NCBI GenBank assembly: GCA_025054895.1
Contig: JANWYZ010000001.1
Location: 1 to 37,048, forward strand
Direction: 5' to 3'
DNA from: a bacterium
GTDB lineage: Bacteria; Armatimonadota; HRBIN16
DNA length: 37,048 nt
Below the pieces are notes generated by a model that did not search any database, had not been told where the DNA came from, and saw nothing but the letters and a program-made list of their open reading frames with translations. Below are positions 18,053 to 27,181 of the stretch, one piece after another. The position numbers and the translations under genes were made by a program. Position 1 is the stretch's first letter; every line of letters begins with the position of its first letter.

Positions 18053-21000
18053 ATGATGGAATTGATGAAGGCTTTTCGCAACCCGGGCATGGAATATCGA
18101 GGCGCACCCTTCTGGTCGTGGAACGACCGCCTCGAGGATGTTGAGCTGGTGCGTCAGATAGATAGTATGATGATGGCTGGCATGGGCGGTTTCTTCATGC
18201 ACTCCCGCACCGGTTTGCTGACCGAGTACATGTCTCCAGAGTGGATGCAGCATATCCGTACCTGCGTGAACGCCGCCAAAGAGCGCGGGATGCTGGCATG
18301 GTTGTATGACGAAGACCGCTGGCCATCCGGCTTTGCAGGCGGCGACGTGCCGGCTATGCACCCCTCATTCCGCGCCAAACACATTACCTGGCACCGTGAA
18401 GGTGCTACCGGTACAGACGAAGGCGGGGTGTTGGCTGTCTATTCCTGCGCTGAGCGGGACGGGCAGCTGTGCGATTTCCGGCTGCTTCGCGAAGGAGAAA
18501 CAGCCCCGCCTGGACGAGTTACCATCCGTTTCGTCTGGCGTTATGACCCGCCCAGCCCCTGGTACAATGGGGGCAGTTATCTGGATACCCTTAACCCCGA
18601 GGCGGTTGCCGCCTTCCTGCGTCATACCTACGACGCCTACGCACGCGAGGTAGGCGAGCAGTTCGGCAAGTCGGTGCCCGGCGTGTTTACGGATGAACCG
18701 CACTACGGTAAGCCCTTCCAGCCCGATAAGCTGCCCTTTACCGAGCGGTTGCCTGAGCAGTTCCAGAGGGCGTACGGTTATCCACTGGCAGAAGCGTTGC
18801 CCGCGCTGTTCTTCGACGCGCCCGATGCGACAGCGCACCGTTATCGCTTCCACCGCCTGTTGACGCAGATGTTCGTGCACAGCTTCGGCAAGCAGCTGTA
18901 CGATTGGTGCGAGCAGCATGGCGTCCACCTTACCGGACACTATCTGCTGGAAGATACCTTCCAGGAACAGATTACCGCCATCGGCGCAGCGATGCCACTG
19001 TACGAGTATATGCAGTCGCCTGGCATCGACCATTTGTGCAGACGGCTACCGGACGCCTTGCTGGCGCGACAGGTCTCCAGTGTAGCGAGGCAGATGGGCA
19101 GGCGGCGCGTGCTGTGCGAAACATACGGTTGCTCAGGCTGGAACATCTCCTTCGCCGAGCAGAAGTGGATTGCTGACAACCTGTTCGTACAGGGCGTTAC
19201 CTACATGAACCAGCACCTCGCCCTGTACTCGATGTGGGGCGGGCGCAAACGCGACTTTCCACCCTCTATCTTCTACCAGCAGCCCTGGTGGCAGCACTAT
19301 CGCTATCTGTCCGATTATATGGCGCGGGTGACGCTGATGCTGCAGTCGGGCACACCATGCAGTGAATTGCTGCTACTGCATACCATTGGTTCCGGGTGGG
19401 CAACCTTTCGACCGGACGACCAGCAGCAATGTGCCCGCTACGGCGAGGCATGTATGCGCGTCAGCAACTGGCTGAACGAGATTCAGCATGACCACGACTT
19501 CGGCGACGAACTCATTATGCAGCGGCATGCTCGCGTAGAAGGCGAATACCTGACAGTCGGTCAGGCACGCTATCGCCTGATGGTGATACCCACCGCGCTT
19601 ACGCTGGCACGCAGCACTGTGCAGTTGTTGCGTGAATGGCTGGACGCTGGCGGGCGAATTATTGTCGTCGGCGAGAGTGCTTCACAGATAGAGGGCGTCT
19701 CTGCTGAAGAGGAACTCGCCGCGTTGTGGAGCCACCCGAACGTCACTCGCATTGCCGAAGATTTCATCGCCCTGCAACAAGCAGTGGACGCCCTGCTGCC
19801 ACCGGTGGTGCGCGTAACCACACCTGACGGCAACATCTGCCGTTCTGTTTATGCGCGTCTGGTGCGCAGTGACGATGGCGCACTGGTGGTGTTTCTGGTG
19901 AACCGTGCGCTGGAAGAGAACGAAGCAGATTTGACTGTGCACGTGCGCGGTGACGGGCACCTCAGCTTGTGGAAAGCGGAGAGTGGAGAGATTGTCAACC
20001 TGCCTGTGGAGAAGGTAGATGGAGGCGTGCGGTGCACTCTGCCGTTTGGTCCAGCGCAATCGTATCTGCTGGTGCTGGACGGCAGTGCAGGAACCACTTA
20101 CGAGCGCCGGAATCATCCTGCTATTCAGATAGACCTGGGCGGCAAATATCGCGTGGAGCGCACTCAACCCAACGTACTGCTGCTGGACTATGCCACGCTG
20201 ACTATCCCCGGTCAACCGCCTACCGCACGCCTGCCGATGTGGAAATTGCATCTGTATCTCGCAGAGCATCTGGGCATTGACGCCGACCTGTACAACAGCG
20301 GTGTGTCTTTATGGAAACGGGAAAGAGAACGCCAGTCGCCGCCTAAATCGTGCGATGTGGTGTTGACCTATACCTTCCTGAGCCATATCGAGCCGGCGTC
20401 GCCGGTGATGCTGGTAGTGGAAAAGCCGGAGTTCAGCCGGTTTGTGATAAATGGCGTAGAGGTGGACAACAGCGACTGTGGATGGTGGCTGGATATCAGC
20501 TTTCGCAAGCTGGACATATCGGGAACCCTGCGCAAGGGGATGAACGTGATTGAACAACACCTTCACTTCGTGGAGGGGTTGGTACTGGAACCACTTATGA
20601 TAACAGGAGACTTCGGGGTGCTGCCGATGAGCAAGTATGAATTCGTGCTGGACAAGGAGCCCGATGCCATCACGCTTGGCGATTGGTGCTCACAGGGGTA
20701 TCCGTTCTACTGCGGGTCCCAGCGATTCACATGGCGGGTGCACCTGCCCGGCGAAGCGCAACGTGTGGTACTGGAGTGCCAAAAGCCGCACGCGCCAGTA
20801 TGTAGCGTGCACGTCAACGGGCAATACGCTGGTTTGCTGGCGTGGCACCCGTACGAGGTGGACATTACTGACCTCGTGCATGAGGGAGAGAACGAGATAA
20901 CAGTGGAGGTGTTTACCAGTGCACGCAACCTGCTTGGTCCCCTGCACCACCAGCAGGGCGAGCTATACGGCGTGGCGCCGGAAAGCTTCACCGCAGGGGA

Positions 21001-21073
21001 CGCATGGACAGACGAGTACCGGTTCGTGCCGTACGGTCTACCTGCACCGCCTCGCATCCTGATTTACGAGTAG
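18053..21073 (+). CDS. Large putative glycoside hydrolase (about 1000 aa; GH106/GH2-related TIM-barrel type N-terminus, jelly-roll C-terminus)
   Basis: ATG 18053 with GGAGG 7 nt upstream. An alternative ATG 18023 overlaps the ThuA stop as ATGA. The N-terminus RGAPFWSWNDRLEDVELVRQIDSMMMAGMGGFFMHSRTGL is typical of a family usually annotated as glycosyl hydrolase / jelly-roll domain protein. The exact GH family was not determinable by eye. Confidence 0.6.
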   Translation: MMELMKAFRNPGMEYRGAPFWSWNDRLEDVELVRQIDSMMMAGMGGFFMHSRTGLLTEYMSPEWMQHIRTCVNAAKERGMLAWLYDEDRWPSGFAGGDVPAMHPSFRAKHITWHREGATGTDEGGVLAVYSCAERDGQLCDFRLLREGETAPPGRVTIRFVWRYDPPSPWYNGGSYLDTLNPEAVAAFLRHTYDAYAREVGEQFGKSVPGVFTDEPHYGKPFQPDKLPFTERLPEQFQRAYGYPLAEALPALFFDAPDATAHRYRFHRLLTQMFVHSFGKQLYDWCEQHGVHLTGHYLLEDTFQEQITAIGAAMPLYEYMQSPGIDHLCRRLPDALLARQVSSVARQMGRRRVLCETYGCSGWNISFAEQKWIADNLFVQGVTYMNQHLALYSMWGGRKRDFPPSIFYQQPWWQHYRYLSDYMARVTLMLQSGTPCSELLLLHTIGSGWATFRPDDQQQCARYGEACMRVSNWLNEIQHDHDFGDELIMQRHARVEGEYLTVGQARYRLMVIPTALTLARSTVQLLREWLDAGGRIIVVGESASQIEGVSAEEELAALWSHPNVTRIAEDFIALQQAVDALLPPVVRVTTPDGNICRSVYARLVRSDDGALVVFLVNRALEENEADLTVHVRGDGHLSLWKAESGEIVNLPVEKVDGGVRCTLPFGPAQSYLLVLDGSAGTTYERRNHPAIQIDLGGKYRVERTQPNVLLLDYATLTIPGQPPTARLPMWKLHLYLAEHLGIDADLYNSGVSLWKRERERQSPPKSCDVVLTYTFLSHIEPASPVMLVVEKPEFSRFVINGVEVDNSDCGWWLDISFRKLDISGTLRKGMNVIEQHLHFVEGLVLEPLMITGDFGVLPMSKYEFVLDKEPDAITLGDWCSQGYPFYCGSQRFTWRVHLPGEAQRVVLECQKPHAPVCSVHVNGQYAGLLAWHPYEVDITDLVHEGENEITVEVFTSARNLLGPLHHQQGELYGVAPESFTAGDAWTDEYRFVPYGLPAPPRILIYE

Positions 21074-21171
21074 TTCCACCGACGCCCCATTGTGGCTTTG
21101 CGGGCGCAACAGAGCGATTCTTGCTGCCTGTTCTGTAGCGTGGGTAGAACTTCGTGTCTGCCCGTACAGGT

Positions 21172-21231
21172 GTCTTCGTCGTCCTTGCCGTTCTGAATAC
21201 TGTTGCTATTCTGAGCGAAGCGACGAGTCTC
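21172..21231. repeat. Degenerate partial copy of the palindromic repeat family
   Basis: GTCTTCGTCGTCCTTGCCGTTCTGAATAC (21172-21200) resembles the 3' arm CTTCGCTCCGCTCAGAATGA. TGCTATTCTGAGCGAAGCGACGAGTCTC (21204-21231) resembles the 5' arm TGTCATGCTGAGCAACGGCGAAGCGTCTC. The two halves can pair imperfectly. Confidence 0.5.
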
Positions 21232-21292
21232 ATCGTCACGATACGTTGCCCTCTGCAGTCACGCTCAACGCGACGAGAGGGAGGCGTACTAT

Positions 21293-21317
21293 TTGACACC
21301 GCCGGTTGTGCTATAAT
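21293..21317 (+). promoter_or_regulatory. Extended -10 promoter upstream of argB
   Basis: TGC-TATAAT at 21309-21317. A perfect TTGACA at 21293-21298 is only 13 nt upstream, which is non-optimal spacing, so the extended -10 is the stronger evidence. Confidence 0.5.
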
Positions 21318-21348
21318 TGCCTGCAGAGGTGGTACTGTGCAAGACGCG

Positions 21349-22197
21349 ATGAATCAGGCGAACGTGCTCGTTCAGGCGCTACCGTACCTGCAACGGTATA
21401 GCGGCAAGTGTTTCGTCGTGAAGTATGGTGGCGCGGCGATGGTCGATGAACGTCTCAAGGCGCAGGTCATGCAGGACATTGTACTGCTGCGCACGGTGGG
21501 CATCAAGCCGGTGCTGGTGCACGGCGGCGGTAAAGAAGTGAGCGAAGTCATGCAGCGCATGGGCTTGCAACCGCGCTTTGCGGGCGGGCTGCGCGTGACC
21601 GATGCTGAGACGATGGAGATCGTGGAGATGGTACTGGCAGGCACTACCAATAAAGGTATCGTGTCGCTGATACATCGAGCGGGCGGTAAGGCAGTAGGTC
21701 TGAGCGGCAAGGACGGCAATTTGCTGGTGGCAAAGAAACTTACGCCCGAGGGCAAAGACATTGGTTACGTAGGCGAGGTTGCGCAGGTGAACCCCGAGGT
21801 GATTGAGGCACTTTCTGAAGCGGGATACATTCCGGTCATCTCCTCGGTGGCTATCGGTGAGGATGGGCAGAGCTACAACGTTAATGCCGACCATGCCGCC
21901 GGAGCCATCGCCGCCGCGCTGAAGGCGGAGAAACTGATCGTGCTGACGGACGTGCCCGGGGTGCTTGCCAACCTGAACGATCCTTCGTCGCTCATCTCGG
22001 AGATGACCATCGCCGAGGCAGAGGAACTATTGCGCAATGGTAAGGCGGAGAGCGGTATGGCGCCCAAGCTGGAATCGTGTATCACCGCCCTGCGGGGCGG
22101 AGTGCGCAGGGCGCACATCATCGACGGTCGTCAACCTCATGCGATTCTGATGGAAGTGTTCACCGACCACGGTGTGGGCACGATGGTGAAGCCGTGA
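21349..22197 (+). CDS. argB: Acetylglutamate kinase
   Basis: VLVQALPYLQRYSGKCFVVKYGGAAM...VLVHGGG...LNVNADHAAGAIAAAL is the classic ArgB pattern. The start is ATG 21349 or GTG 21337; the latter has AGAGGTGG 5 nt upstream. The ORF-track start 21154 lies in the repeat/promoter region. Confidence 0.9.
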   Translation: MNQANVLVQALPYLQRYSGKCFVVKYGGAAMVDERLKAQVMQDIVLLRTVGIKPVLVHGGGKEVSEVMQRMGLQPRFAGGLRVTDAETMEIVEMVLAGTTNKGIVSLIHRAGGKAVGLSGKDGNLLVAKKLTPEGKDIGYVGEVAQVNPEVIEALSEAGYIPVISSVAIGEDGQSYNVNADHAAGAIAAALKAEKLIVLTDVPGVLANLNDPSSLISEMTIAEAEELLRNGKAESGMAPKLESCITALRGGVRRAHIIDGRQPHAILMEVFTDHGVGTMVKP

Positions 22198-24002
22198 GAT
22201 GCTGGTACATCCTCGCCCTCGTCTGCGCTCTAATGCCCCCTGCGTTCGCTCAGGAGCGGTTCACTGCGCTGGTGATCGTGGAGGGATTGCGCTGGCAGCA
22301 GGTGGAACGTGGAGAGATTGGCGGGCTGTACGTACTGGCGCACTATGGCGCAGTGGGTTTGATGAGCGTGGGGGCGGCTGGCGATGCGCAGCGATTTGCA
22401 CTAACGGTGCAGACAGGTAAAAGGTGGGCGCCTCCCATAGCACGAGACGCCGAGCACCTGCGAGAGCGTTTTGCTCGCCTGCGCTGGCTAACGGAGGACG
22501 CAGCGCGTTCAGGAGTGCGTGTGCAAGTAAACACCATCCCTCCTGACCGAAGCCTGTCGAGGTTACTCGAACCTTCCCGGCAACCGCGCACGGCAGAACA
22601 GGTACTGCAGGTCTGGTGGCTGCGCGGTGACGCTGCTACTCTCAGCCGCGCCCTCGAGCAGGCGATTAGCCCGCTGACCCCTGAACGCGACCGCCTGCTG
22701 GTGGTCGGTTTACCTGCCAGAGGCGAAAGTCTTACACCCGTGATCGCTGCAGGCGGCGGTTTATCCGAGGGAGTGCTTACCTCGTCCACCACGCGTACAG
22801 AGGGCGTTGTGTCCGACGTGGACATTGCGCCCACTTTGCTGCAGTGGTTGAACACCCCCTTACGGGCAGGCGAACACCCGATGCGCGTGGTGCGTAAAGA
22901 CCCCTTTTCTACGACACAAAACCTCGCGCGGCGCTACCGCTGGAACGCACAAGCGTTGATACCTCTTGGAGCGATACAGGTGCTGGGCGGGTTGCTGGCG
23001 GTGCTGGCTGTTGTACAACAGACAAAGAGCGTTCCAACGAGGCGTGCTTGTCTACTGCTGTCGGCAGCGGTTGGTCTTCTGTTGTCGTTGCCTGCAGGCA
23101 CAATCATCGCGCCCTACCTGCCCGCACCTGGCATGGTGTGGTACATGTCAAATGTGCTGATAGCGGCAGCCGGGCTGTCGTTGCTGGCGCACTGGGGCGT
23201 GTGGGAGCAGCCGTTTCGGGCGTACATCCGTGCTTGTGCGCTGAGCGTGTTTATCATCCTGGCTGACGCGCTGAGCGGTCAGTACGGGGCGAAGTTCTCG
23301 ATATACAGCGCGTATGCGCTGTCGGGCATCCGTTTCTATGGCGTAGGCAACGAGCTGATGGGCGTGTTAGTTGGCTGTGCGCTGGCGTGGGGGCTTTATG
23401 GTTTGTCTTTTCAGCTGCGGGCTATCCTCTGGGTTATCGTCAGTGTCGTACTGGCTGCGCCTATATGGGGCGCGAACTTAGGTGGTCTACTTACCTCGGC
23501 GGCAGGGCTGGGTTGCGCATGGGAAAGCAAACGGGCGCAAAGCAGATTGCTCTGGATACGGTGTGTGCGATGGCTGGCAGTCGGTTTACTCGCCGCGATA
23601 GCAGTAATGTGGCTGGACAGCTTGAGCGCGTTTCCTTCGCACGTGGGAGAAGCGTGGTTGCGCTGGCGTCATGAAGGTTGGGAAGCCATAGGAGACCTCT
23701 TCGCTTCCAAAGCGCTGCTGATGGCTCGCGTACTGCTCAGTCCGTTTGCATGGGGTGTGTTACTGGCAATAGCAATTGCCCTGTGGAGAATGCGACGCGG
23801 CGGCGTGTTCACCGCCTTTCGGGACAGTGCGGGAAACGACTATCTTCCCTGGCTGGGGTGTATCGTAGCGGCTTTCGTGTTCAACGATTCAGGCTTTGTG
23901 CCCGCAGCGGCAATCCTGGGCGTTGGCGCGGGTGTGCGCTTAACGCAGAGGTTGCGCCCACTATGCGCTCAAGAAGCGCACAGGGAAAACCGCCGGCGCT
24001 AG
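22194..24002 (+). CDS. Membrane protein: signal peptide, ~300-aa extracytoplasmic domain, polytopic C-terminal half
   Basis: The proposed GTG 22194 overlaps the argB stop (GTGA) and gives a signal-peptide-like N-terminus (M)RCWYILALVCALMPPAFA-QE. The C-terminal ~300 aa contain about 9 hydrophobic helices. The ectodomain has ALVIVEGLRW and VVSDVDIAPTLLQWL, weakly reminiscent of alkaline-phosphatase-superfamily folds. The start is uncertain. Confidence 0.6.
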   Translation: MRCWYILALVCALMPPAFAQERFTALVIVEGLRWQQVERGEIGGLYVLAHYGAVGLMSVGAAGDAQRFALTVQTGKRWAPPIARDAEHLRERFARLRWLTEDAARSGVRVQVNTIPPDRSLSRLLEPSRQPRTAEQVLQVWWLRGDAATLSRALEQAISPLTPERDRLLVVGLPARGESLTPVIAAGGGLSEGVLTSSTTRTEGVVSDVDIAPTLLQWLNTPLRAGEHPMRVVRKDPFSTTQNLARRYRWNAQALIPLGAIQVLGGLLAVLAVVQQTKSVPTRRACLLLSAAVGLLLSLPAGTIIAPYLPAPGMVWYMSNVLIAAAGLSLLAHWGVWEQPFRAYIRACALSVFIILADALSGQYGAKFSIYSAYALSGIRFYGVGNELMGVLVGCALAWGLYGLSFQLRAILWVIVSVVLAAPIWGANLGGLLTSAAGLGCAWESKRAQSRLLWIRCVRWLAVGLLAAIAVMWLDSLSAFPSHVGEAWLRWRHEGWEAIGDLFASKALLMARVLLSPFAWGVLLAIAIALWRMRRGGVFTAFRDSAGNDYLPWLGCIVAAFVFNDSGFVPAAAILGVGAGVRLTQRLRPLCAQEAHRENRRR

Positions 24003-24046
24003 CGAAATCGAAGGGGCAGGTATTTCTGTAGGAGGTTACCAGAGAG

Positions 24047-24799
24047 ATGGGTAAGTTCGGTATTGCTTTGCAGACGTATACTGTGCGCGACGACATGGCG
24101 CGTGATTTTAAGGGGACGCTGCAAAAGGTGGCAGAGATGGGCTATCCGGCGGTGCAGCTTTCGGGTACCGGCGGAATGAGCATTCAGGAGGCAAGACAGT
24201 TCCTGGATAGCCTTGGATTGAAAGTGTTCGGTGGACATTTCGGTATTGAACAGCTGGAGAACGACCTGGACAGCGTGCTGGAACTGGCGCGCGGGCTGGG
24301 CATGGAGTACATCGTAGTGCCCTGGATGCCCGAAGAGCTGCGCAAAGACGCCGAAGGCTGGAAGCGTGTGGCACAGCGCATGAACGCTATCGGCGAGAAG
24401 GTGGCTGCTCACGGGTTCGGGTTTTGCTACCACAACCACTCCTTCGAGTTCCAGCAGTTCGACGGCAAATACGGTCTGGACATCTTCTACGAGAACAGCG
24501 ACCCCAGTCTGGTGCAGGCGGAGCTGGACACCTATTGGGTAAAGCATGGAGGCGAAGACCCCGCTGAATATATCCGTAAGTACGCGGGGCGAGTGCCTCT
24601 ACTGCACCTGAAGGATATGGCAGAGGACGGCAGCTTCGCTGAGGTAGGACATGGCATTCTGGACTGGGACGCCATCTTCAAGGCGGCGGAAGAAAGCGGC
24701 GTGAAGTGGATGGCGGTGGAGCAAGACGTGTGCAAGCGACCGCCTCTGGAAAGCGCGAGACTCAGCCTGGAGTTCCTCAGGTCCAGGGGGTTGCTGTAA
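24047..24799 (+). CDS. Sugar phosphate isomerase/epimerase (xylose-isomerase-like TIM barrel)
   Basis: ATG 24047 with GGAGG (24031-24035) upstream. FGIALQTYTVRDDMARDFKGTLQKVAEMGYPAVQL...ELDTYW...HLKD is the typical pattern of this family. Confidence 0.85.
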   Translation: MGKFGIALQTYTVRDDMARDFKGTLQKVAEMGYPAVQLSGTGGMSIQEARQFLDSLGLKVFGGHFGIEQLENDLDSVLELARGLGMEYIVVPWMPEELRKDAEGWKRVAQRMNAIGEKVAAHGFGFCYHNHSFEFQQFDGKYGLDIFYENSDPSLVQAELDTYWVKHGGEDPAEYIRKYAGRVPLLHLKDMAEDGSFAEVGHGILDWDAIFKAAEESGVKWMAVEQDVCKRPPLESARLSLEFLRSRGLL

Positions 24800-24834
24800 C
24801 TGAAGCTGGACGGACGCGCCCTGTTGCACCCAGA

Positions 24835-25116
24835 GAGGGTCACGACGAGCGTGACCCTCCAGAGACTATCCGTTGGAAGGATGTACTCTGTTGCGTCCTG
24901 AGCTGGCTGTTATGTCATGCCGAGCAACAGCGAAGCGCCTTGCGGTGTCGCCGAACCGGGATTCTTCGCTCCGCTCAGAATGAGGGGTGTCCTGTGTCAG
25001 AATGACAGGCGTTTTGTGTCATGCTGAGCAACGGCGAAGCGTCTCAAACGGCGGCAACAACGAGGCTGTTCGCTTCGCCCAGAATGACAGGTGTTGGGTG
25101 TCATGTCAGCATGACA
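24835..25116. repeat. Largest cluster of the composite palindromic repeat family (stem-loop, two tandem hairpin units, two short TGTCA palindromes)
   Basis: Perfect 10-bp stem GAGGGTCACG-ACGAG-CGTGACCCTC (24835-24859). Unit 1 is 24913-24983 (TGTCATGCCGAGCAACAGCGAAGCG ... CTTCGCTCCGCTCAGAATGA). TGTCA-GAA-TGACA at 24995-25007. Unit 2 is 25017-25089 (TGTCATGCTGAGCAACGGCGAAGCGTCTC ... GTTCGCTTCGCCCAGAATGACA). TGTCATG-TCAG-CATGACA at 25099-25116. Confidence 0.8.
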
Positions 25117-25181
25117 GGGGGCGCGGTCGAGCATGTTTCATCCGAAATTGAGGTTCAAGGGAGCACCACAGGTAGCGATAC

Positions 25182-27167
25182 ATGGCAACAACCATCTGGC
25201 AGAGAACCCGTGCAGCAGCAGAAGTTCGGGAAGAGGCGATACCGGCACAACGCGGTGTGACTTTTCGCGCCGTGGCGATTGGCGTTATCCTTGCTCCCGT
25301 GATAGCGTGGTTTAACATTTCCATTGAAGCCATTCGCTACGCAGGACAGCCAACGACTATCTCGCTGTTTCCGCACATCGTGTTCGTGTTGTTGTGCCTG
25401 ATTGGAGTAAATGCCGTTATCGGGCGCATCGTACCACGCTGGCGTTTCTCGCCAGCGGAACTGATGACCGTTTACTTTTTTACCCTGATGACTGCGGTGA
25501 TGGCGTCGCACGACCTGATCGAGGTCATCACCCCTATCCTCACCTATCCCTTCAAATATGCCAACCCAGCTAACCGCTGGGAGAGCGAGGTTATCCCCTA
25601 TCTGCCAAAGTGGTTATTTGTGAGCGACCCTGACGCGGTAGATAAGTACTACATCGGCAACGCAACCTTCTGGAACAGGAGCGACCTGCGCATCTGGGCG
25701 CCTCCTCTGCTCATCTGGACGGGCTTCTTTACCGTGTTGGCGTTTGGCATGTTCTGCCTGAACGTGTTGCTGCGCAAGCAGTGGACAGACCGCGAACGCC
25801 TCTCCTATCCACTGGTGCAGTTGCCCCTGGAGCTAGTACAGCCGCGCGTGCCCGTGTTCCAGAATCGGTTGTTCTGGGTTGCCTTCGCCATCGCTGCAAT
25901 AAACGACATCTGGTTCGGCTTGAACCGCCTGTTCCCCAGCATCCCGGAGCCATACGTGCGCTGGCAAACGCTCAATCAGTACATCACCACGCCGCCATGG
26001 AACGCCATTGGCTGGTTGCCGCTGGCGTTTTTTCCCTGGATTGTAGGCATCGGCGTGCTACTGCCCACCGACCTGCTCTTCTCGTGCTGGTTCTTCTTCT
26101 GGTTATGGAAATTGCAACCCATCATCGCCGCCTACTACGGGTGGAACCAGATACCCGGCTTCCCCTATGTGAACGAACAATCCTTCGGCGCGTACATGGG
26201 TATCGCGCTTTTTACCATTTATACCGCCAGAAAGGCTCTGGCGCAGGGCTTCTCGGCGATATGGAAAGGCTCGGATGGCAGTGATAAGGGTGAAGCGTTG
26301 TCCTATCGTTGGGCGGCTCTAGGGTTTATAGGTAGTTTGGTTGCTATCTACCTGTTCTTCCTCTCTACCGGCATGACCGGTTGGGTGATCGCCCTTTCGC
26401 TGCTCATCTATCTGGCGATTTCGCTGGCGGTAACCCGTATGCGCGCCGAGCTCGGTCCGCCTGCGCACGACCTGCACGACTCGGGTCCGCAGCGGCTCAT
26501 CCCCCTGCTGTTTGGTGTGGAGAACCTGAAGCGACAGGACCTGGTGATGTTCGCGCCGATACAGGGGTTTAATCGCGCCTATCGCGCCCACCCGATGCCC
26601 ACGCACATCGAAGGGTTGCGCGCCGCAGAGCGCACCCGCTCCTCGATGCGAGCGATGTTCTGGGTACTGGTGTTCGCGGTGTTCTGGGGCACGCTTACCG
26701 GTTTCTTTGTGAATGTGCATCTACATTACCAGTGGGGTGCAGCCTCTAAAGCGGACACTCCGTACGTCAGCACCATCTTCGGCAGGGAGCCGTATGACCG
26801 CATCACTTCGTTGCTGGCGGGCTCGGTCTCCTCTCTGCAGCAACGCAACGTAATATGGGCGATGATGGTTGGTTTTGGAGTGACGGCGGTGCTGAGCGTC
26901 CTGCGTATGAACATCGCCAATTTTCCCCTGCATCCGGTAGGCTATGCTATCTCCAGCAGCTGGAGCCTCAGCGTGCTGTGGTTCTCTCTGCTGGTGGCGT
27001 GGGTGTGTAAGGTGGTGATTATGAAGGTAGGAGGTCTGCGCAGTTACCAGCGTGCGCTGCCGTTTTTCCTCGGATTGGTGCTCGGCGAGTGTACGGTGGG
27101 CACACTATGGATGCTGGTGAGCATCTTCACTGGTACCAAAACCTTTATCGTCTGGCCTTACGGATAA
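25182..27167 (+). CDS. Polytopic integral membrane protein (about 14 TM helices), family unknown
   Basis: 661-aa ORF with about 14 hydrophobic segments, for example FRAVAIGVILAPVIAWF, IVFVLLCLIGVNAVIG, LLIWTGFFTVLAFGMFCL and WVIALSLLIYLAISLAV. It ends 14 nt before the oxidoreductase gene. I saw no transporter signature that I can name. Confidence 0.7.
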   Translation: MATTIWQRTRAAAEVREEAIPAQRGVTFRAVAIGVILAPVIAWFNISIEAIRYAGQPTTISLFPHIVFVLLCLIGVNAVIGRIVPRWRFSPAELMTVYFFTLMTAVMASHDLIEVITPILTYPFKYANPANRWESEVIPYLPKWLFVSDPDAVDKYYIGNATFWNRSDLRIWAPPLLIWTGFFTVLAFGMFCLNVLLRKQWTDRERLSYPLVQLPLELVQPRVPVFQNRLFWVAFAIAAINDIWFGLNRLFPSIPEPYVRWQTLNQYITTPPWNAIGWLPLAFFPWIVGIGVLLPTDLLFSCWFFFWLWKLQPIIAAYYGWNQIPGFPYVNEQSFGAYMGIALFTIYTARKALAQGFSAIWKGSDGSDKGEALSYRWAALGFIGSLVAIYLFFLSTGMTGWVIALSLLIYLAISLAVTRMRAELGPPAHDLHDSGPQRLIPLLFGVENLKRQDLVMFAPIQGFNRAYRAHPMPTHIEGLRAAERTRSSMRAMFWVLVFAVFWGTLTGFFVNVHLHYQWGAASKADTPYVSTIFGREPYDRITSLLAGSVSSLQQRNVIWAMMVGFGVTAVLSVLRMNIANFPLHPVGYAISSSWSLSVLWFSLLVAWVCKVVIMKVGGLRSYQRALPFFLGLVLGECTVGTLWMLVSIFTGTKTFIVWPYG

Positions 27168-27181
27168 GCTGGAGGTATGCG

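Noticed and set aside
21293-21298. Perfect TTGACA hexamer as the -35 element of the argB promoter.
   Set aside because: It is only 13 nt from the TATAAT, versus the optimal 17 nt, so it probably does not act as the -35 for that -10. The promoter call rests on the extended -10 (TGCTATAAT) instead.
24913-25116. Tandem repeated units, considered as a possible CRISPR array.
   Set aside because: There are only two units. Each is an internally inverted hairpin rather than a direct repeat separated by unique spacers. Unit-related arms occur singly at other loci, and no cas genes are present.
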